From Trueperaceae bacterium (GTDB lineage: Bacteria > Deinococcota > Deinococci > Deinococcales > Trueperaceae), in contig CBDCDZ010000004.1 in assembly GCA_965215565.1 (NCBI GenBank), positions 2,208,001 to 2,272,000 of the forward strand: a stretch of 64,000 nucleotides of DNA, in the 5' to 3' direction. Below are positions 51,403 through 63,200 of the stretch, piece after piece. The notes under the pieces are model-generated. The model made no database searches. It had not been told where the DNA came from and saw only the letters and a program-made list of their open reading frames with translations. Made by a program: the position numbers and the translations under genes. Position 1 is the first letter of the stretch. Every line of letters begins with the position of its first letter.

Positions 51403-52131
51403 ATGTCCAAGCTTTCTCCGTCCACCTTACGCGGCTACCTCGTGCACGTTTACACCGCCTCGACGCTCATCTTCGTGACGCTGGCAGCGCAGTGGATCAT
51501 CGAGGGGACCTACCGCTGGGCGTTGGCCGCGCTCGCCGTGACCATCATTATCGACGCCACCGACGGCGCGTTGGCGCGCAAGTGGCGCGTGAAGGAGACG
51601 GCGGCGGGCATCGACGGCGAACTGCTCGACAACATCGTGGACTTCGTCTCGTACGTCGTGGTGCCGATGCTCTTTATGCTCCAAGCGCAGATGTTCACCC
51701 CGCCGATGACGCTCTGGATGGCGTTCGCGATGTTCGCGAGTGCGTTCGGGTTCTCGCGCACCACCGCCAAACTCGCCAACGAGGGCTTTTTCGTCGGCTT
51801 CCCCTCGTACTGGAATATCATTGTGTTTTACCTCTACTTGCTCCAGACGCCGCCCTTGCTCAACACGGTGCTCGTCGTGCTGCTCTCGCTCTCAGTGTTC
51901 GTGCCGCTGCGCTTTCTCTATGTGAGCCGCTTGTCCAAGGGGCGCACGCTGCACCTCGGGCTCGGCTTCATCTGGGGTGTTCTGTGCCTCGCAGCACTCG
52001 CCATGGAGGCGAGTACGGTGCGCACGCTCATCTTGTATCTCTCGCTCGTCTACCCGCTCTACTACACGGCGCACTCGCTCCAGCTCGACTTCAAACTGCG
52101 CCAAGAGCAGCGCGAAGCCCTTGCGGACTGA
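51403..52131 (+). CDS. CDP-alcohol phosphatidyltransferase, phosphatidylcholine-synthase-like
   Basis: VH.YTAS, DATDG.LAR...G..LD.IVD, FVGFPSYWN. Confidence 0.8.
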   Translation: MSKLSPSTLRGYLVHVYTASTLIFVTLAAQWIIEGTYRWALAALAVTIIIDATDGALARKWRVKETAAGIDGELLDNIVDFVSYVVVPMLFMLQAQMFTPPMTLWMAFAMFASAFGFSRTTAKLANEGFFVGFPSYWNIIVFYLYLLQTPPLLNTVLVVLLSLSVFVPLRFLYVSRLSKGRTLHLGLGFIWGVLCLAALAMEASTVRTLILYLSLVYPLYYTAHSLQLDFKLRQEQREALAD

Positions 52132-52134
52132 GGG

Positions 52135-52980
52135 TTAGTAAGGCTGCCTGAGCGCGTCCTGAACGGCGCGTATCATGACGCCAATAGGCGCGTCCTCACC
52201 CGTCCACGCTCTGAACGATTCCGCCCCCTGATAGACGAGCATCGGCACGCCGTTCTGCACCTTTAGCCCCTCGCCCTCAGCGTCTTTGAGGAGGCGCGTC
52301 TTTTCGGGGCGGTAGATGAGGTCGCAGACCGTGCCCCGGTTGGGGAGCAGTCCGGGCGGTAGGGGGGAGAGGTTGGGGTTGGTGCCCTCGTGCTCCAAAC
52401 CTACCGAGGTCGTGTTGACCAAGAGGTCCGCGCCGCGCACCGCTGTGTCTAAAGCGCGAAAGTCCACCGCTTCGATGTCGCCGTAGTCACTGAACTCGAG
52501 CCCCAACGTTTCCGCCTTCTCCTGCGTCCGGTTGAATACCTGCAAGCGTTTGACGCCCGCGTTAAGGAGCGCGTAAGCGACCGCCCTACCCGCGCCGCCC
52601 GCGCCCAAGAGCACCGCGCGCAGTCCTCTCGGCTCGAGGTCCGCGTCTTCGATGAGCCCTCTTATAAAACCCGTCGCATCCGTGTTTTCCCCGATCAAGC
52701 GTCCATCTCGGTTGATAATCGTATTCACCGCGCCCATCGCCTGCGCCGCGTCCGTCAGCTCATCCATAAAGGGCAAGACCGTGAGCTTATGCGGCACGGT
52801 GACGTTCGCGCCGTAACTTTCCCCTTCGCGCAACCTCTCCATCACTTCGGGGAGTTGCTCGGAGGTTACGTCTAGCGCCTCGTACGTCGCGTCTAAGCCG
52901 AGTTCAGCGAACGCGGCGTTGTGCATCGCCGGGCTGAGCGAATGCCCAGCCGGATGCGCCAAGAGGTACGCCCGCTTCAC
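52135..52980 (-). CDS. aroE: Shikimate dehydrogenase
   Basis: [36 protein letters not shown]. Confidence 0.95.
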   Translation of the reverse strand: MKRAYLLAHPAGHSLSPAMHNAAFAELGLDATYEALDVTSEQLPEVMERLREGESYGANVTVPHKLTVLPFMDELTDAAQAMGAVNTIINRDGRLIGENTDATGFIRGLIEDADLEPRGLRAVLLGAGGAGRAVAYALLNAGVKRLQVFNRTQEKAETLGLEFSDYGDIEAVDFRALDTAVRGADLLVNTTSVGLEHEGTNPNLSPLPPGLLPNRGTVCDLIYRPEKTRLLKDAEGEGLKVQNGVPMLVYQGAESFRAWTGEDAPIGVMIRAVQDALRQPY

Positions 52981-54053
52981 GCTTCAACAGTTTGGGAAGC
53001 GCCCTGAGATACGGCGTCACGGATGACCTCTTGGATGATGGTGGCAGCCCTCGTCATGTCTTCATCCGTGATGTGATAATGCGTCACCAAGCGAATCGTC
53101 TGCGCGCCGAGCGCGTTGCACAAAACGCCCCTTTCCGCCATCTTTTCAGCAATAGCGGCGGCATTGGGAACGTGAAAGTAAACCATGTTGGTCTGCACGG
53201 TGGATAAGTCCAAGGTGACCTCGGGAAGTTGGACGAGCGCCTCAGCCAAACCCCGCGCCCGCGCGTGGTCCTCACCGAGCCGCCCCGCCATCTCCTCCAC
53301 CGCGATGATACCCGCTGCTGCCAACACGCCCGCTTGCCGCATCCCGCCGCCCAACATCTTGCGGTAGCGGTGCGCCTCTTTGATGAAGTCCTTGGAACCC
53401 AAAAGCACCGTGCCGACGGGCGCGGCGAGCCCTTTGCTCAAGCAGAGGGAGACGGAACCGAAGGGCGCGCACAGTTCAGCTAGGCTCACGTTCAGCGCCG
53501 CCGCTGCGTTCGCTGCCCGCGCGCCGTCTAGGTGAAGTGGTAAACCTTCCTCTCGTGCGAGTTGCGCAACCTCATGGCAGCGCTCCAGAGGCACAACGGT
53601 TCCGCCCGCTTTGTTGTGCGTATTCTCGAGCACGATCATCCCCGTCGGCGCTTGGTGGATGCTGCGATGGACCGCACCTCTTATGTCCTCGACTTCAGGA
53701 GTGCCCAGCGGCGCAGGGACGAGGCGCGGCAGTGCGCCGCTGATGACCGCCATCGCGCCGAGTTCGTACTCGTAGACGTGTGCGCCCTCTGGGACGATGA
53801 CCTCTTGCCCGCGCTTGGTGTGCACAGCGATGGCGATTTGGTTACTCATCGTGCCTGACGGCATCAAAAGTCCCGCCTCAAAGCCCGTACGTTCAGCCAG
53901 CATCTCTTGAAGCTTGTTGACGGTAGGGTCTTGTCCGTACACATCGTCGCCGACGTGCGCGTCCATCATCGCGCGGCGCATTTTTGGGGTGGGTTGGGTG
54001 ACGGTGTCGGAGCGTAGATCAATAGGGGAGTCAGTAGAATCGGTCGTTTGCAT
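52977..54053 (-). CDS. ltaE: Low-specificity L-threonine aldolase
   Basis: [34 protein letters not shown]. Confidence 0.93.
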   Translation of the reverse strand: MQTTDSTDSPIDLRSDTVTQPTPKMRRAMMDAHVGDDVYGQDPTVNKLQEMLAERTGFEAGLLMPSGTMSNQIAIAVHTKRGQEVIVPEGAHVYEYELGAMAVISGALPRLVPAPLGTPEVEDIRGAVHRSIHQAPTGMIVLENTHNKAGGTVVPLERCHEVAQLAREEGLPLHLDGARAANAAAALNVSLAELCAPFGSVSLCLSKGLAAPVGTVLLGSKDFIKEAHRYRKMLGGGMRQAGVLAAAGIIAVEEMAGRLGEDHARARGLAEALVQLPEVTLDLSTVQTNMVYFHVPNAAAIAEKMAERGVLCNALGAQTIRLVTHYHITDEDMTRAATIIQEVIRDAVSQGASQTVEA

Positions 54054-54089
54054 AGCGTTATTCTACCTATGCTCTCTGTGCCGAGGGTG

Positions 54090-54632
54090 TTAGACGCGCT
54101 CGAGCCCCCTACGCGCTCCAGCCGGAAGCTCCACCCGAATCGGATCGTTGACCCTGACCTCACCGCCCATAAGCACCACGCTCATCACGCCCGCCTTGCG
54201 AATCAGGTTGCCCTCTTCGTCGTGGTCGAGCACCGCTTTCATCAGCCCGCCTTGAAACTTATCGAGTTGCGCACAAGGGTTACGCAAGCCGGTTAGTTCC
54301 AACACTACCTCTTCACCGATGTAAAGCCGCGCACCCCTCGGCAGAGCGAGCAAGTCAACCCCTCTTGTCGTGATGTTCTCGCCCATATCGCCCGCCGCAA
54401 CGTCAAAGCCTTTTGCGCGTAGTTCGTCGTGAAGCTCCGTATGGATGAGATGAACTTGTCGCAAGTTAGGCTGCGTGGGGTCGGCGGCGACTCTCGAGCG
54501 GTGCTTGACCGTTTCGCCCATGTGCGCGTCGCCTTCGACGCCCAGACCCTTCAAGAGTCGGATGCTCGTTTGGTTGGTTTTGCTGAAGGTATGCGCTTTG
54601 CTGCGGCTGACGGCGGTGACTTTGGTGTTCAT
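54090..54632 (-). CDS. MOSC domain protein
   Basis: GVEGDAH, GENITT.G, LRNPC.QL. Confidence 0.9.
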   Translation of the reverse strand: MNTKVTAVSRSKAHTFSKTNQTSIRLLKGLGVEGDAHMGETVKHRSRVAADPTQPNLRQVHLIHTELHDELRAKGFDVAAGDMGENITTRGVDLLALPRGARLYIGEEVVLELTGLRNPCAQLDKFQGGLMKAVLDHDEEGNLIRKAGVMSVVLMGGEVRVNDPIRVELPAGARRGLERV

Positions 54633-54644
54633 ACTCGCGCCTCT

Positions 54645-55118
54645 CTAAAAGAGCGTTTCGTCCTCTTGTCGTATCTTAAAAAGCGCTTTCGGATAACGGT
54701 TTAGAAGGGGCGAATCAGGGAAATCTTCGGGATGCGCGTAGCAAAGCTCCAAGGATTCTCCGTCCAGCCCATTTAGGGTGCCACCTATTACTTTACATAG
54801 AAAAGCGACGGTTGTGACCTCGAGCCTGTCTCCATTCGGATAAGTATGACGATGATTCGTACCGCCGAACACGCCCGCCACCTTTTTGGGCACGACATGA
54901 AGCCCTGTTTCTTCATAAACCTCGCGCACAACCGCCTCGGCTGGCGTTTCACCGGGGTCAATCGCGCCACCAGGTGCACACCACGTACCGTCATCACGTC
55001 TTTTCTGCAAAAGAACGCGCCCGTTATCATCGTAGATAATCGCCATTACGCCAGGATTGAGAATTAGCTCATGCCCAATGGCGGCGCGTATCTTTTTGAG
55101 ATATTCAGAAATCGGCAA
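54645..55118 (-). CDS. NUDIX hydrolase
   Basis: GGAIDPGETPAEAVVREVYEETGL Nudix box. Confidence 0.92.
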   Translation of the reverse strand: MPISEYLKKIRAAIGHELILNPGVMAIIYDDNGRVLLQKRRDDGTWCAPGGAIDPGETPAEAVVREVYEETGLHVVPKKVAGVFGGTNHRHTYPNGDRLEVTTVAFLCKVIGGTLNGLDGESLELCYAHPEDFPDSPLLNRYPKALFKIRQEDETLF

Positions 55119-55119
55119 G

Positions 55120-56082
55120 CTACGCGCCGACTAACGACTCTTGCTCGCTCACGTACCACTCCCAAAAGCGCTCCACGCCCTCTTGCACCGAAACGGTGGG
55201 GTTGAAGCCTAGAAGCTCCCTCGCCTTACTCGTGTCGGCGTAGGTGACGTAGACATCGGCGGGCAGTTTGGGCTGCGGGTTGAGGTTCGCTTTTTTGCCT
55301 GCAATCTTCTCCATCGTCTCGATAAAGTCCGCGAGAGGCAGCGGCTCGCCGCGCCCTAAATTGATAATTTCGTAGCCCAAGGGTTTGTCAATCGCGGCGA
55401 CGAGACCTTTGGCGATGTCCTCCACGAAGGTCCAGTCGCGGCGCATGTCGCCCTCGTAAAGAGGGATTTGCTTGCCCTTGTAGATGCTTTCCGCCAAGAG
55501 GTAGGGCATCATATCGGGGCGTCCATTGGGACCGTACACGGTGAAAAAGCGCGTTGCGGTGAAGTTCAGATTGTAGAGCGTATGGTAGGTGTAGCCCAAG
55601 AGTTCGGCGGCGCGTTTGGCGGCGGCGTAGGGCTGCGGGGGCTTTAAGCAGGGGTCCGTTTCGACAAAAGGAATCGTCTCGGTGCTGCCGTAAATCGAAG
55701 AGGTCGAGGCGAAGACGAAATTGCCCACGCCCGTCTCCAGTGCCGCGTCCATGAGGTGCTGCGTCCCGTTAAGGTTGACCTCCATATACAGCGCGGGATT
55801 CTGGACCGAGTTGCGCACGCCCGCCATCGCCGCGATGTTCGCCACCACATCGAAGTTCTCGTCCCTGAAGAGGTCTTTGACCTCGTCGCGGTTACGGATG
55901 TCACCCTTAACCATCCTGAAGAGGTCGTACTGAGCCAACCGCTTTGCGTTGGCCCGCTTTTTCGCGGGGTCGTAGTAGTCGTTGAAGTTGTCTAGACCGA
56001 CGATGGTGTCGCCGCGTTCTAAGAGCATCTGGGCGGTGTGGCTGCCGATAAAACCGGCTGCGCCTGTAACGAGAATTTTCAT
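55120..56082 (-). CDS. NAD-dependent sugar epimerase (UDP-glucuronate 4-epimerase-like)
   Basis: VTGAAGFIG, AMAGVR.S, YAAAK, RFFTVYGP.GRPDM. Confidence 0.88.
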   Translation of the reverse strand: MKILVTGAAGFIGSHTAQMLLERGDTIVGLDNFNDYYDPAKKRANAKRLAQYDLFRMVKGDIRNRDEVKDLFRDENFDVVANIAAMAGVRNSVQNPALYMEVNLNGTQHLMDAALETGVGNFVFASTSSIYGSTETIPFVETDPCLKPPQPYAAAKRAAELLGYTYHTLYNLNFTATRFFTVYGPNGRPDMMPYLLAESIYKGKQIPLYEGDMRRDWTFVEDIAKGLVAAIDKPLGYEIINLGRGEPLPLADFIETMEKIAGKKANLNPQPKLPADVYVTYADTSKARELLGFNPTVSVQEGVERFWEWYVSEQESLVGA

Positions 56083-56265
56083 AGTGTGGCTCCTAAACCG
56101 AGGTTGCTCTGAATTTCCATGAGTTACCTAAAGACCGAGGCAAGTCGCTCGTGCTCGAGCCTACCCGAAATTCACATGAAGCGATATGAACAATGTGGCT
56201 TTTTTCGCGTGAAAGCTCGTCAGCTAGTCGGGGTTTTAGCGGGTCAGGTTTTCGGTTTTCCCTGA

Positions 56266-57615
<1,350 letters not shown>

Positions 57616-57920
57616 CTTTATCGTCACCACTTTCAACTGCGACACACCTATATTTACTATAGATGTGTAACTCAATATTGGGCACCTTGACCGCGCCGTT
57701 TAGAGCAGTTTAGCAAGCAAACCTCAACATGCCTGACAGATAGGGAGCGGTGCAAAGCAAATCCCCCTCGAGTCGCTTCTTATTCGAGGGGGGTTGCTCA
57801 GGGTAAATGGCGTACTCGGACGTACTCGCGCAGTATCTCTTTTTCTACATGAAGGAGGATGACGCTAAGGTGAAGCTCATGAGAGAGCGAGGTTGGCGTT
57901 TAGATCGCTCGAATTGCGCT

Positions 57921-58991
57921 CTAATGAGTTTTTGATGAGGTGAGGCTAGGCGTGCTATTCGGCTCTAAGTCCATCATCGCCACCACAACGAGGTGCGGTT
58001 TCGTCAGCGCGCTGATCAAGATGAGGTAGAGCGCGACGAAGCCCTCTAAAGAGATGATTCTCTCCGCGTTGAAGAGGTAGAACCCGCTCAGCAAGCAGAG
58101 AGCGGCGAAGGTGACGGGCAAGAGGTCTAGGGTGAGCCGCCTGACGGGAGGATACAGGTGCCCCTGGGCGACTTGCGCCGCGTCCCTCGGATGCAGGATG
58201 AGAAGACGCCCCAAATGCCTCAGCGAGTGCCAGAAGAGGAAGTAAACGCCTATGGACATGTACGCGGGTACAAGCGTGAAAAGCAGAATGAGGAGAAGAA
58301 CTTCTGCGCCGTCTACCGCGAGCAGTTGGGCATTCGGCGCAGCGCGCACCGCGTTAAATGCGTAAGCAAGCAGCCCTACTGTGAGTAAACAGAGGAGCGG
58401 GACGACGAGCCAGGGCGAGGTGAGCGTGAGCGTCGTATCAGCCAGCCCGAGTCCCGTAGCGGCGTGGCGGTACAAGCTTTCGGCGGTCTCGGGAAAGGCC
58501 AAAACGGGCAGTACGATGGGCAAGCTGCCCCGCACCAAAAGCGTCACCCAAGCGCCCCAACGCGTTGGGCGCGCTCTCCCTAAGAAAATCTCCAAAAAGC
58601 GCTGATCGCCCTGACCCCAGTGCCACACCGTCGCGGCTAGAAAGCCGATAAATGCAACTGCCGGTTGCCAGAGCCAGAGCCCCAGGTAGAGCGCCGCCAC
58701 CGCGACGTAGGCCAGCAGGTAGAGGGCGACGCCCAGGGGTTTACGCCCCCAGGTGAGCCCGAGCCGCGCCGGGATGAGGTGGTCTAGTGCGCCGTGCGGC
58801 AGACCTAAAAGCACGATACCTAATAGGAGCGGGTAGAGCGCGTACGTTTCGGTAAGGTGCGGCGCGGCGAGTTGTAAGCCCAGCGCGAGCAGGACGAAAG
58901 AGGCTGGCACAACCGTTAGGAAGGGGGCGAGCCGTACCTCTGCGCCCACACGCTGGTTCCTTCTCACTGCACCTGAACTGAACTCGAGCAT
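57921..58991 (-). CDS. blh: Brp/Blh family beta-carotene 15,15'-dioxygenase
   Basis: GLPHGALDH, WHWGQGD, YFLFWHSLRH, LTKPH: four conserved His in a membrane protein. Confidence 0.88.
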   Translation of the reverse strand: MLEFSSGAVRRNQRVGAEVRLAPFLTVVPASFVLLALGLQLAAPHLTETYALYPLLLGIVLLGLPHGALDHLIPARLGLTWGRKPLGVALYLLAYVAVAALYLGLWLWQPAVAFIGFLAATVWHWGQGDQRFLEIFLGRARPTRWGAWVTLLVRGSLPIVLPVLAFPETAESLYRHAATGLGLADTTLTLTSPWLVVPLLCLLTVGLLAYAFNAVRAAPNAQLLAVDGAEVLLLILLFTLVPAYMSIGVYFLFWHSLRHLGRLLILHPRDAAQVAQGHLYPPVRRLTLDLLPVTFAALCLLSGFYLFNAERIISLEGFVALYLILISALTKPHLVVVAMMDLEPNSTPSLTSSKTH

Positions 58992-59361
58992 TCACCAAAC
59001 TTTACGGCACGCAGGGCGAGAAGTAAAGGTTCGTTTCTTACAGTTCGCCTTCTGAAGCGTTCTTGGCTGCAACTCCTGCGGTAGAGGGGAGTTTGATGCT
59101 AGATAGCAGGCCAGCTTCGCGAGCTACCGTTGATACCGCTGCTTCAACTCTTAAAACGCCTAGTTCTTGAAAGATACGCCTTGTACCAGCGCTGCAAACC
59201 CGGGGTGTGCGTACTGCTCTAACTTTGTCTATCGCATTGTGAAAAATCCTCTAAACGGTGTCACCCAAGTGCTTGTGGTTTTTCGAACATCCTCGCCCTA
59301 CACAGTCTCTAAGTACAGGTGTATCTATAGCGGAATAGGGATTCTATGCTTCACTAAGTTT

Positions 59362-59760
59362 ATGAACGCGCAGCGTACGAGTCAAAATTTAGCGCACAGC
59401 GCATCGACGAGATGGGCAAGCTTAGAGACGGAATATGGGGTTACGATGAGCATAGAGGCAGAATTCAACGAGTTGGAAAGGGCGTTTGGCGTCGCGGCTG
59501 AAGCGACGGAGCACCTGCTCGGCGAGTACGCGCTTTTTGTGCTCGAGCACGAAGAGGTCACTGCATTTTTGCAAGATTATCTTTGCGCGCTCAAATACGA
59601 TTTTGGGCTCGCGCTTTATAATTTCGACGGCAAACGCGCCGAAGAACTTTTAGAGGACGTTCAGACGCTCTTCGGTGAAGCGCAGCTCAAGGTCAACCGA
59701 GGGGTTATCCCCTCCCCCCAGCAGGTGAGCCATACCGTGCTCAGCAAGACGGGCTGGTAG
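59362..59760 (+). CDS. Hypothetical protein (start uncertain)
   Basis: 3' part of ORF 59167-59760 looks protein-like; 5' part does not. Confidence 0.5.
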   Translation: MNAQRTSQNLAHSASTRWASLETEYGVTMSIEAEFNELERAFGVAAEATEHLLGEYALFVLEHEEVTAFLQDYLCALKYDFGLALYNFDGKRAEELLEDVQTLFGEAQLKVNRGVIPSPQQVSHTVLSKTGW

Positions 59761-59771
59761 GAAGCTTACTT

Positions 59772-60305
59772 TCAGCCTGTCCTCACGTATACGAAGCGGC
59801 TCAGCAGTGCACCGAGTAGAAGGCTCGGCAGCGCGATATAGACGAGCAGCGGGTCGGCTGTCACCTCGGGGCGGAAGAACTTGACGAGTTCGACGCCTAG
59901 CGCGAGAGAGCCTCCTGCAACGAGCGCAATGACGAATGCTTGCGGCGTCCCCCTACGAAACAGCCAAGAGGTCAAGAAGTACCCGAACGTCAGGTAGAAC
60001 ATTCCGTGAATTACCTGCGAGAACGTATCCGTCTCCTGCTCGGGTAAGACCGCTTGCAGCGCAATAATCACCACCGTCATCAGCACGTAGATACCCGCCC
60101 AACGCTGCTGCCGCCTGGCTTTCTCTGTAGATTTCCCCGTGAATTTCTCCGCGGCTTTTTCGTTGCGCGGCTCGAGCTTTTCTTTCTTAGGTGCGGGTTT
60201 AGCGGTCTGCACTCTCTTCGTCTGCCGCGACCCTCGGCGCTTATCGCGCTCCTTCTCGCGCTTTTTGTCAGATTTTTCGGTGGCTCTGCGGAGTTGCCTG
60301 TTCAT
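59772..60305 (-). CDS. Hypothetical membrane protein with basic N-terminus
   Basis: ATG 60305 follows TACAGT; Lys/Arg-rich region then four hydrophobic helices. Confidence 0.7.
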   Translation of the reverse strand: MNRQLRRATEKSDKKREKERDKRRGSRQTKRVQTAKPAPKKEKLEPRNEKAAEKFTGKSTEKARRQQRWAGIYVLMTVVIIALQAVLPEQETDTFSQVIHGMFYLTFGYFLTSWLFRRGTPQAFVIALVAGGSLALGVELVKFFRPEVTADPLLVYIALPSLLLGALLSRFVYVRTG

Positions 60306-60445
60306 AAGGTTACTGTAACAGGTTAAGGGACGCGCCGCCGTTCGCTGGTACGGAACGGAGAGCAATGAGTAAAAATCTTTAGACTCATTGCTCGTTTCTC
60401 ATTGCTCGCTCTCCTGTGCAGCAACTTCCCACTCCACGGGTAGCG

Positions 60446-61801
60446 CTAGTCCGACAACGCCACATTCGCCGCCACTAAGAGTGAATCCCACACGCCGCTA
60501 AAGGGCGGTGCGTACGCCATGTCGAGGTCGGCTAGGTCGGCGAGGGTGCCGCCTTTGAGGAGGAGCGCGGCGATAGCGTCCACGCGCTTGACGGCGTCGC
60601 CGTAGCCCGCGAGCTGTGCGCCCAGCAGTTTTTGCGAGCCTTTCTCCCAGACGAGCGTGACGGTGAGGGGCGACTTGTCGGGGTAGTAGCCCGCGTGGTC
60701 CGTGTCTTCGATGCAGAGGCTCTCTGCGTCGAAGCCCGCCTCCTGCGCGGCTTGCTCGTTAAGACCCGTCGTCGCAAAGGCGCGCTCAAAAACCTTGGTG
60801 ACGGCGGTGCCTAAAACGCCCTTGAACGACGCCTCTTTGCCCGCGATGACCGTGCCCGCCACGCGCCCCTGCTTGTTCGCGGTGTCGCCTAAGGGCAGCC
60901 AGGTCGGTTTGCCTGTAAGCATATGACGCGCCGCTGTCACGTCGCCTACGGCGTAGATGTCCGCTACGTTCGTGCGCAGCTTTTCGTCCGTTAAGATGGC
61001 GTTATTTGGTCCAAGCTCGAGCCCCAACCCCTTCGCCAACTCACTGTTCGGCTTCACACCCGCCGCCATAATCACGAGGTCGGCGTTTAGCGTCTCCTCT
61101 CCCTCACCCGTTTTCATGACGACGCGCTCGACGCTGCCATCCCCTTCGAAGCTGGTGACTTCGGTGCCTAAGTAGACATCCACGCTGTTGTCTTTAAGCT
61201 CGCAGCGGGCGATTTCGGAGTAGTCGGGGGTAATGGACGCCAAGAGGTGCTCGGACCTTTCGGCGACGCTCACATGGAGCCCGGCTAGCGTGAGGGCTTC
61301 CGCCATCTCGAGCCCGATATACCCCCCACCTACGATGACCGCGCGCGCCGCACCCTCAGTCGCTTTCGCAATCGCCGCCGCGTCCTCCATACGCCGCAAG
61401 GTATAGATGTTCTCCAGGTCCATTCCCGGTAAATCCGGTCTAATGGCTTGTGCTCCCGTCGCTAGCACCAAGACGTCGTAAGACACACTAAAGGTATCGC
61501 CCGACTCCAGGTTCTTGACCTCGAGCGTGCGGTTCTCGTGGTCTATGTCTGTCACCTCGTGGCGCACCTTGACCTCGACGCCCTGCTCCGCCATCTCCTC
61601 GGGCGAACGCGAGACCAACTTCTCCAAATCGGGGATCAGCCCGCCGATGACGTAGGGCATCCCGCACGCCCCGTATGAAATGTAGTGGCTCCGCTCGAAC
61701 ACGGTGACCTCGAGGTCAGGGTTCTCCCGCTTAGCCTTCGACGCCGCGCTCATGCCCCCCGCGACACCTCCGATAATGAGGACTTTCTTTGTGTTGGACA
61801 T
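60446..61801 (-). CDS. CoA-disulfide reductase / NADH oxidase family flavoprotein
   Basis: GGVAGGMSAA, SYGACGMPY redox Cys, GGGYIGLE, YAPPFS. Confidence 0.9.
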   Translation of the reverse strand: MSNTKKVLIIGGVAGGMSAASKAKRENPDLEVTVFERSHYISYGACGMPYVIGGLIPDLEKLVSRSPEEMAEQGVEVKVRHEVTDIDHENRTLEVKNLESGDTFSVSYDVLVLATGAQAIRPDLPGMDLENIYTLRRMEDAAAIAKATEGAARAVIVGGGYIGLEMAEALTLAGLHVSVAERSEHLLASITPDYSEIARCELKDNSVDVYLGTEVTSFEGDGSVERVVMKTGEGEETLNADLVIMAAGVKPNSELAKGLGLELGPNNAILTDEKLRTNVADIYAVGDVTAARHMLTGKPTWLPLGDTANKQGRVAGTVIAGKEASFKGVLGTAVTKVFERAFATTGLNEQAAQEAGFDAESLCIEDTDHAGYYPDKSPLTVTLVWEKGSQKLLGAQLAGYGDAVKRVDAIAALLLKGGTLADLADLDMAYAPPFSGVWDSLLVAANVALSD

Positions 61802-61873
61802 AAGGATAAGTCTACGCCCGCACCGCACCGCGCGCCGTAGCGCGCCCTTTCTTTCGTGCTACACTTTGGGATT

Positions 61874-63061
61874 GTGACTCAGGATTTTGCGGACGCTGCT
61901 GCCGAGACGAACCGGAGATTGCTCGAGCTAGCCCAAACCTACGGCACGCCGACGTACGTTTATGATTTAGACAGGGTGAGCGCTCAGGTGGACGCACTGC
62001 GTGGGGCGTTGCCCGGAGCGGACCTCCATTACGCCGTAAAAGCCAACCCCTGCGGCGCGGTGCTGCGGCATCTGGCGAAGCAAGGGCTCGGCGCTGAGGT
62101 CATCACCTTAGGCGAGTTGGAGCGGGCGCTCCGTGCGGGCTTCCCGCCTGAACGCATCCTCTTGGGTGGACCTAAACAAGACGCCGCGCTCAGAAGTCGC
62201 GCTGTTCAAGCAGGCGTTAAACTAGTGAGTTTAGACAGTGTGTCGCAGTGGAGAGGATGGGAGCAGGCCTTTCAAGGTCAAGAGGTCAACGTGCGTTTCC
62301 TCGTGCGCCTCAACCCTGCACTCGACCCCTGTACGCACGAACATCTGGCGACGGGAGCAGCCGAGTCCAAGTTCGGAATGACGCTAGGCGAGGCGCAAGA
62401 GGTTGCCGAGGCGTTGGGCGATAAACTTTCAGGCTTTCACGTCCACGCGGGCTCGCAAATCGCCGAGATGAGCGTTTACGATGAGATTTTCTCTACGCTC
62501 AGACCTCTTTACGAACGCTTCAGGGGTGCTGACACGCTCGACTTGGGCGGTGGCTTCGTAGTGCCGAACTTTCCTCTGACGCGGTTTGCGGAAAAGGTTT
62601 CGAGTCTCGAAGATTTAGACGTGAAGTTGATTTTAGAGCCCGGACGCTACCTCGTCGCGCAGAGCGGCGTGCTGCTCACCCAAGTCCTCCACGTTAAAGA
62701 GGGCGCACGCCGCCATATCATTGCCGACGCGGGCATGGCGGATTTGCTTCGCCCCGCCCTCTACGGCGCGGCGCACCCAATTCGCGTGCTCACCTCAGAT
62801 GGAGACGTCGGTATGAACGAAGTGGACGTGGACGGACCGCTCTGCGAAAACGCGGACCGCTTAGGGCGCGGCGTTCGGCTTCCCGAGGTGAAAAGTGGTG
62901 ACCTCTTGGCGGTACGGGAGGCGGGCGCGTACGGCTTCACGATGGCGTCGAACTACGCCTCGTCGCTGCGCCCGGCTGAGGTCGTCGTTCAAAGCGGCGA
63001 GGCGCGGCTGGCGCGGCGGCGCGAAGAGGTTGAGGACTTGTGGCGGCTCGAGTGTGATTAG
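61874..63061 (+). CDS. lysA: Diaminopimelate decarboxylase family enzyme
   Basis: YAVKAN, SKFG, HAGSQI, LDLGGG, EPGR, RPALYG, GPLCE..D, GAYGFTMASNY. Confidence 0.82.
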   Translation: MTQDFADAAAETNRRLLELAQTYGTPTYVYDLDRVSAQVDALRGALPGADLHYAVKANPCGAVLRHLAKQGLGAEVITLGELERALRAGFPPERILLGGPKQDAALRSRAVQAGVKLVSLDSVSQWRGWEQAFQGQEVNVRFLVRLNPALDPCTHEHLATGAAESKFGMTLGEAQEVAEALGDKLSGFHVHAGSQIAEMSVYDEIFSTLRPLYERFRGADTLDLGGGFVVPNFPLTRFAEKVSSLEDLDVKLILEPGRYLVAQSGVLLTQVLHVKEGARRHIIADAGMADLLRPALYGAAHPIRVLTSDGDVGMNEVDVDGPLCENADRLGRGVRLPEVKSGDLLAVREAGAYGFTMASNYASSLRPAEVVVQSGEARLARRREEVEDLWRLECD

Positions 63062-63200
63062 GGGAAAGGTGGTTTCGTGAGGCGTAACATTGAGCGGGAC
63101 GACTCTTGGAGGCTTTTAGCCGTTAGCGGTTAACCGTTAGCTCTTGCTTTTAAGCTAACAGCTCATACCTAACTGCCCAAACATCGTATCCTCAATCTCT

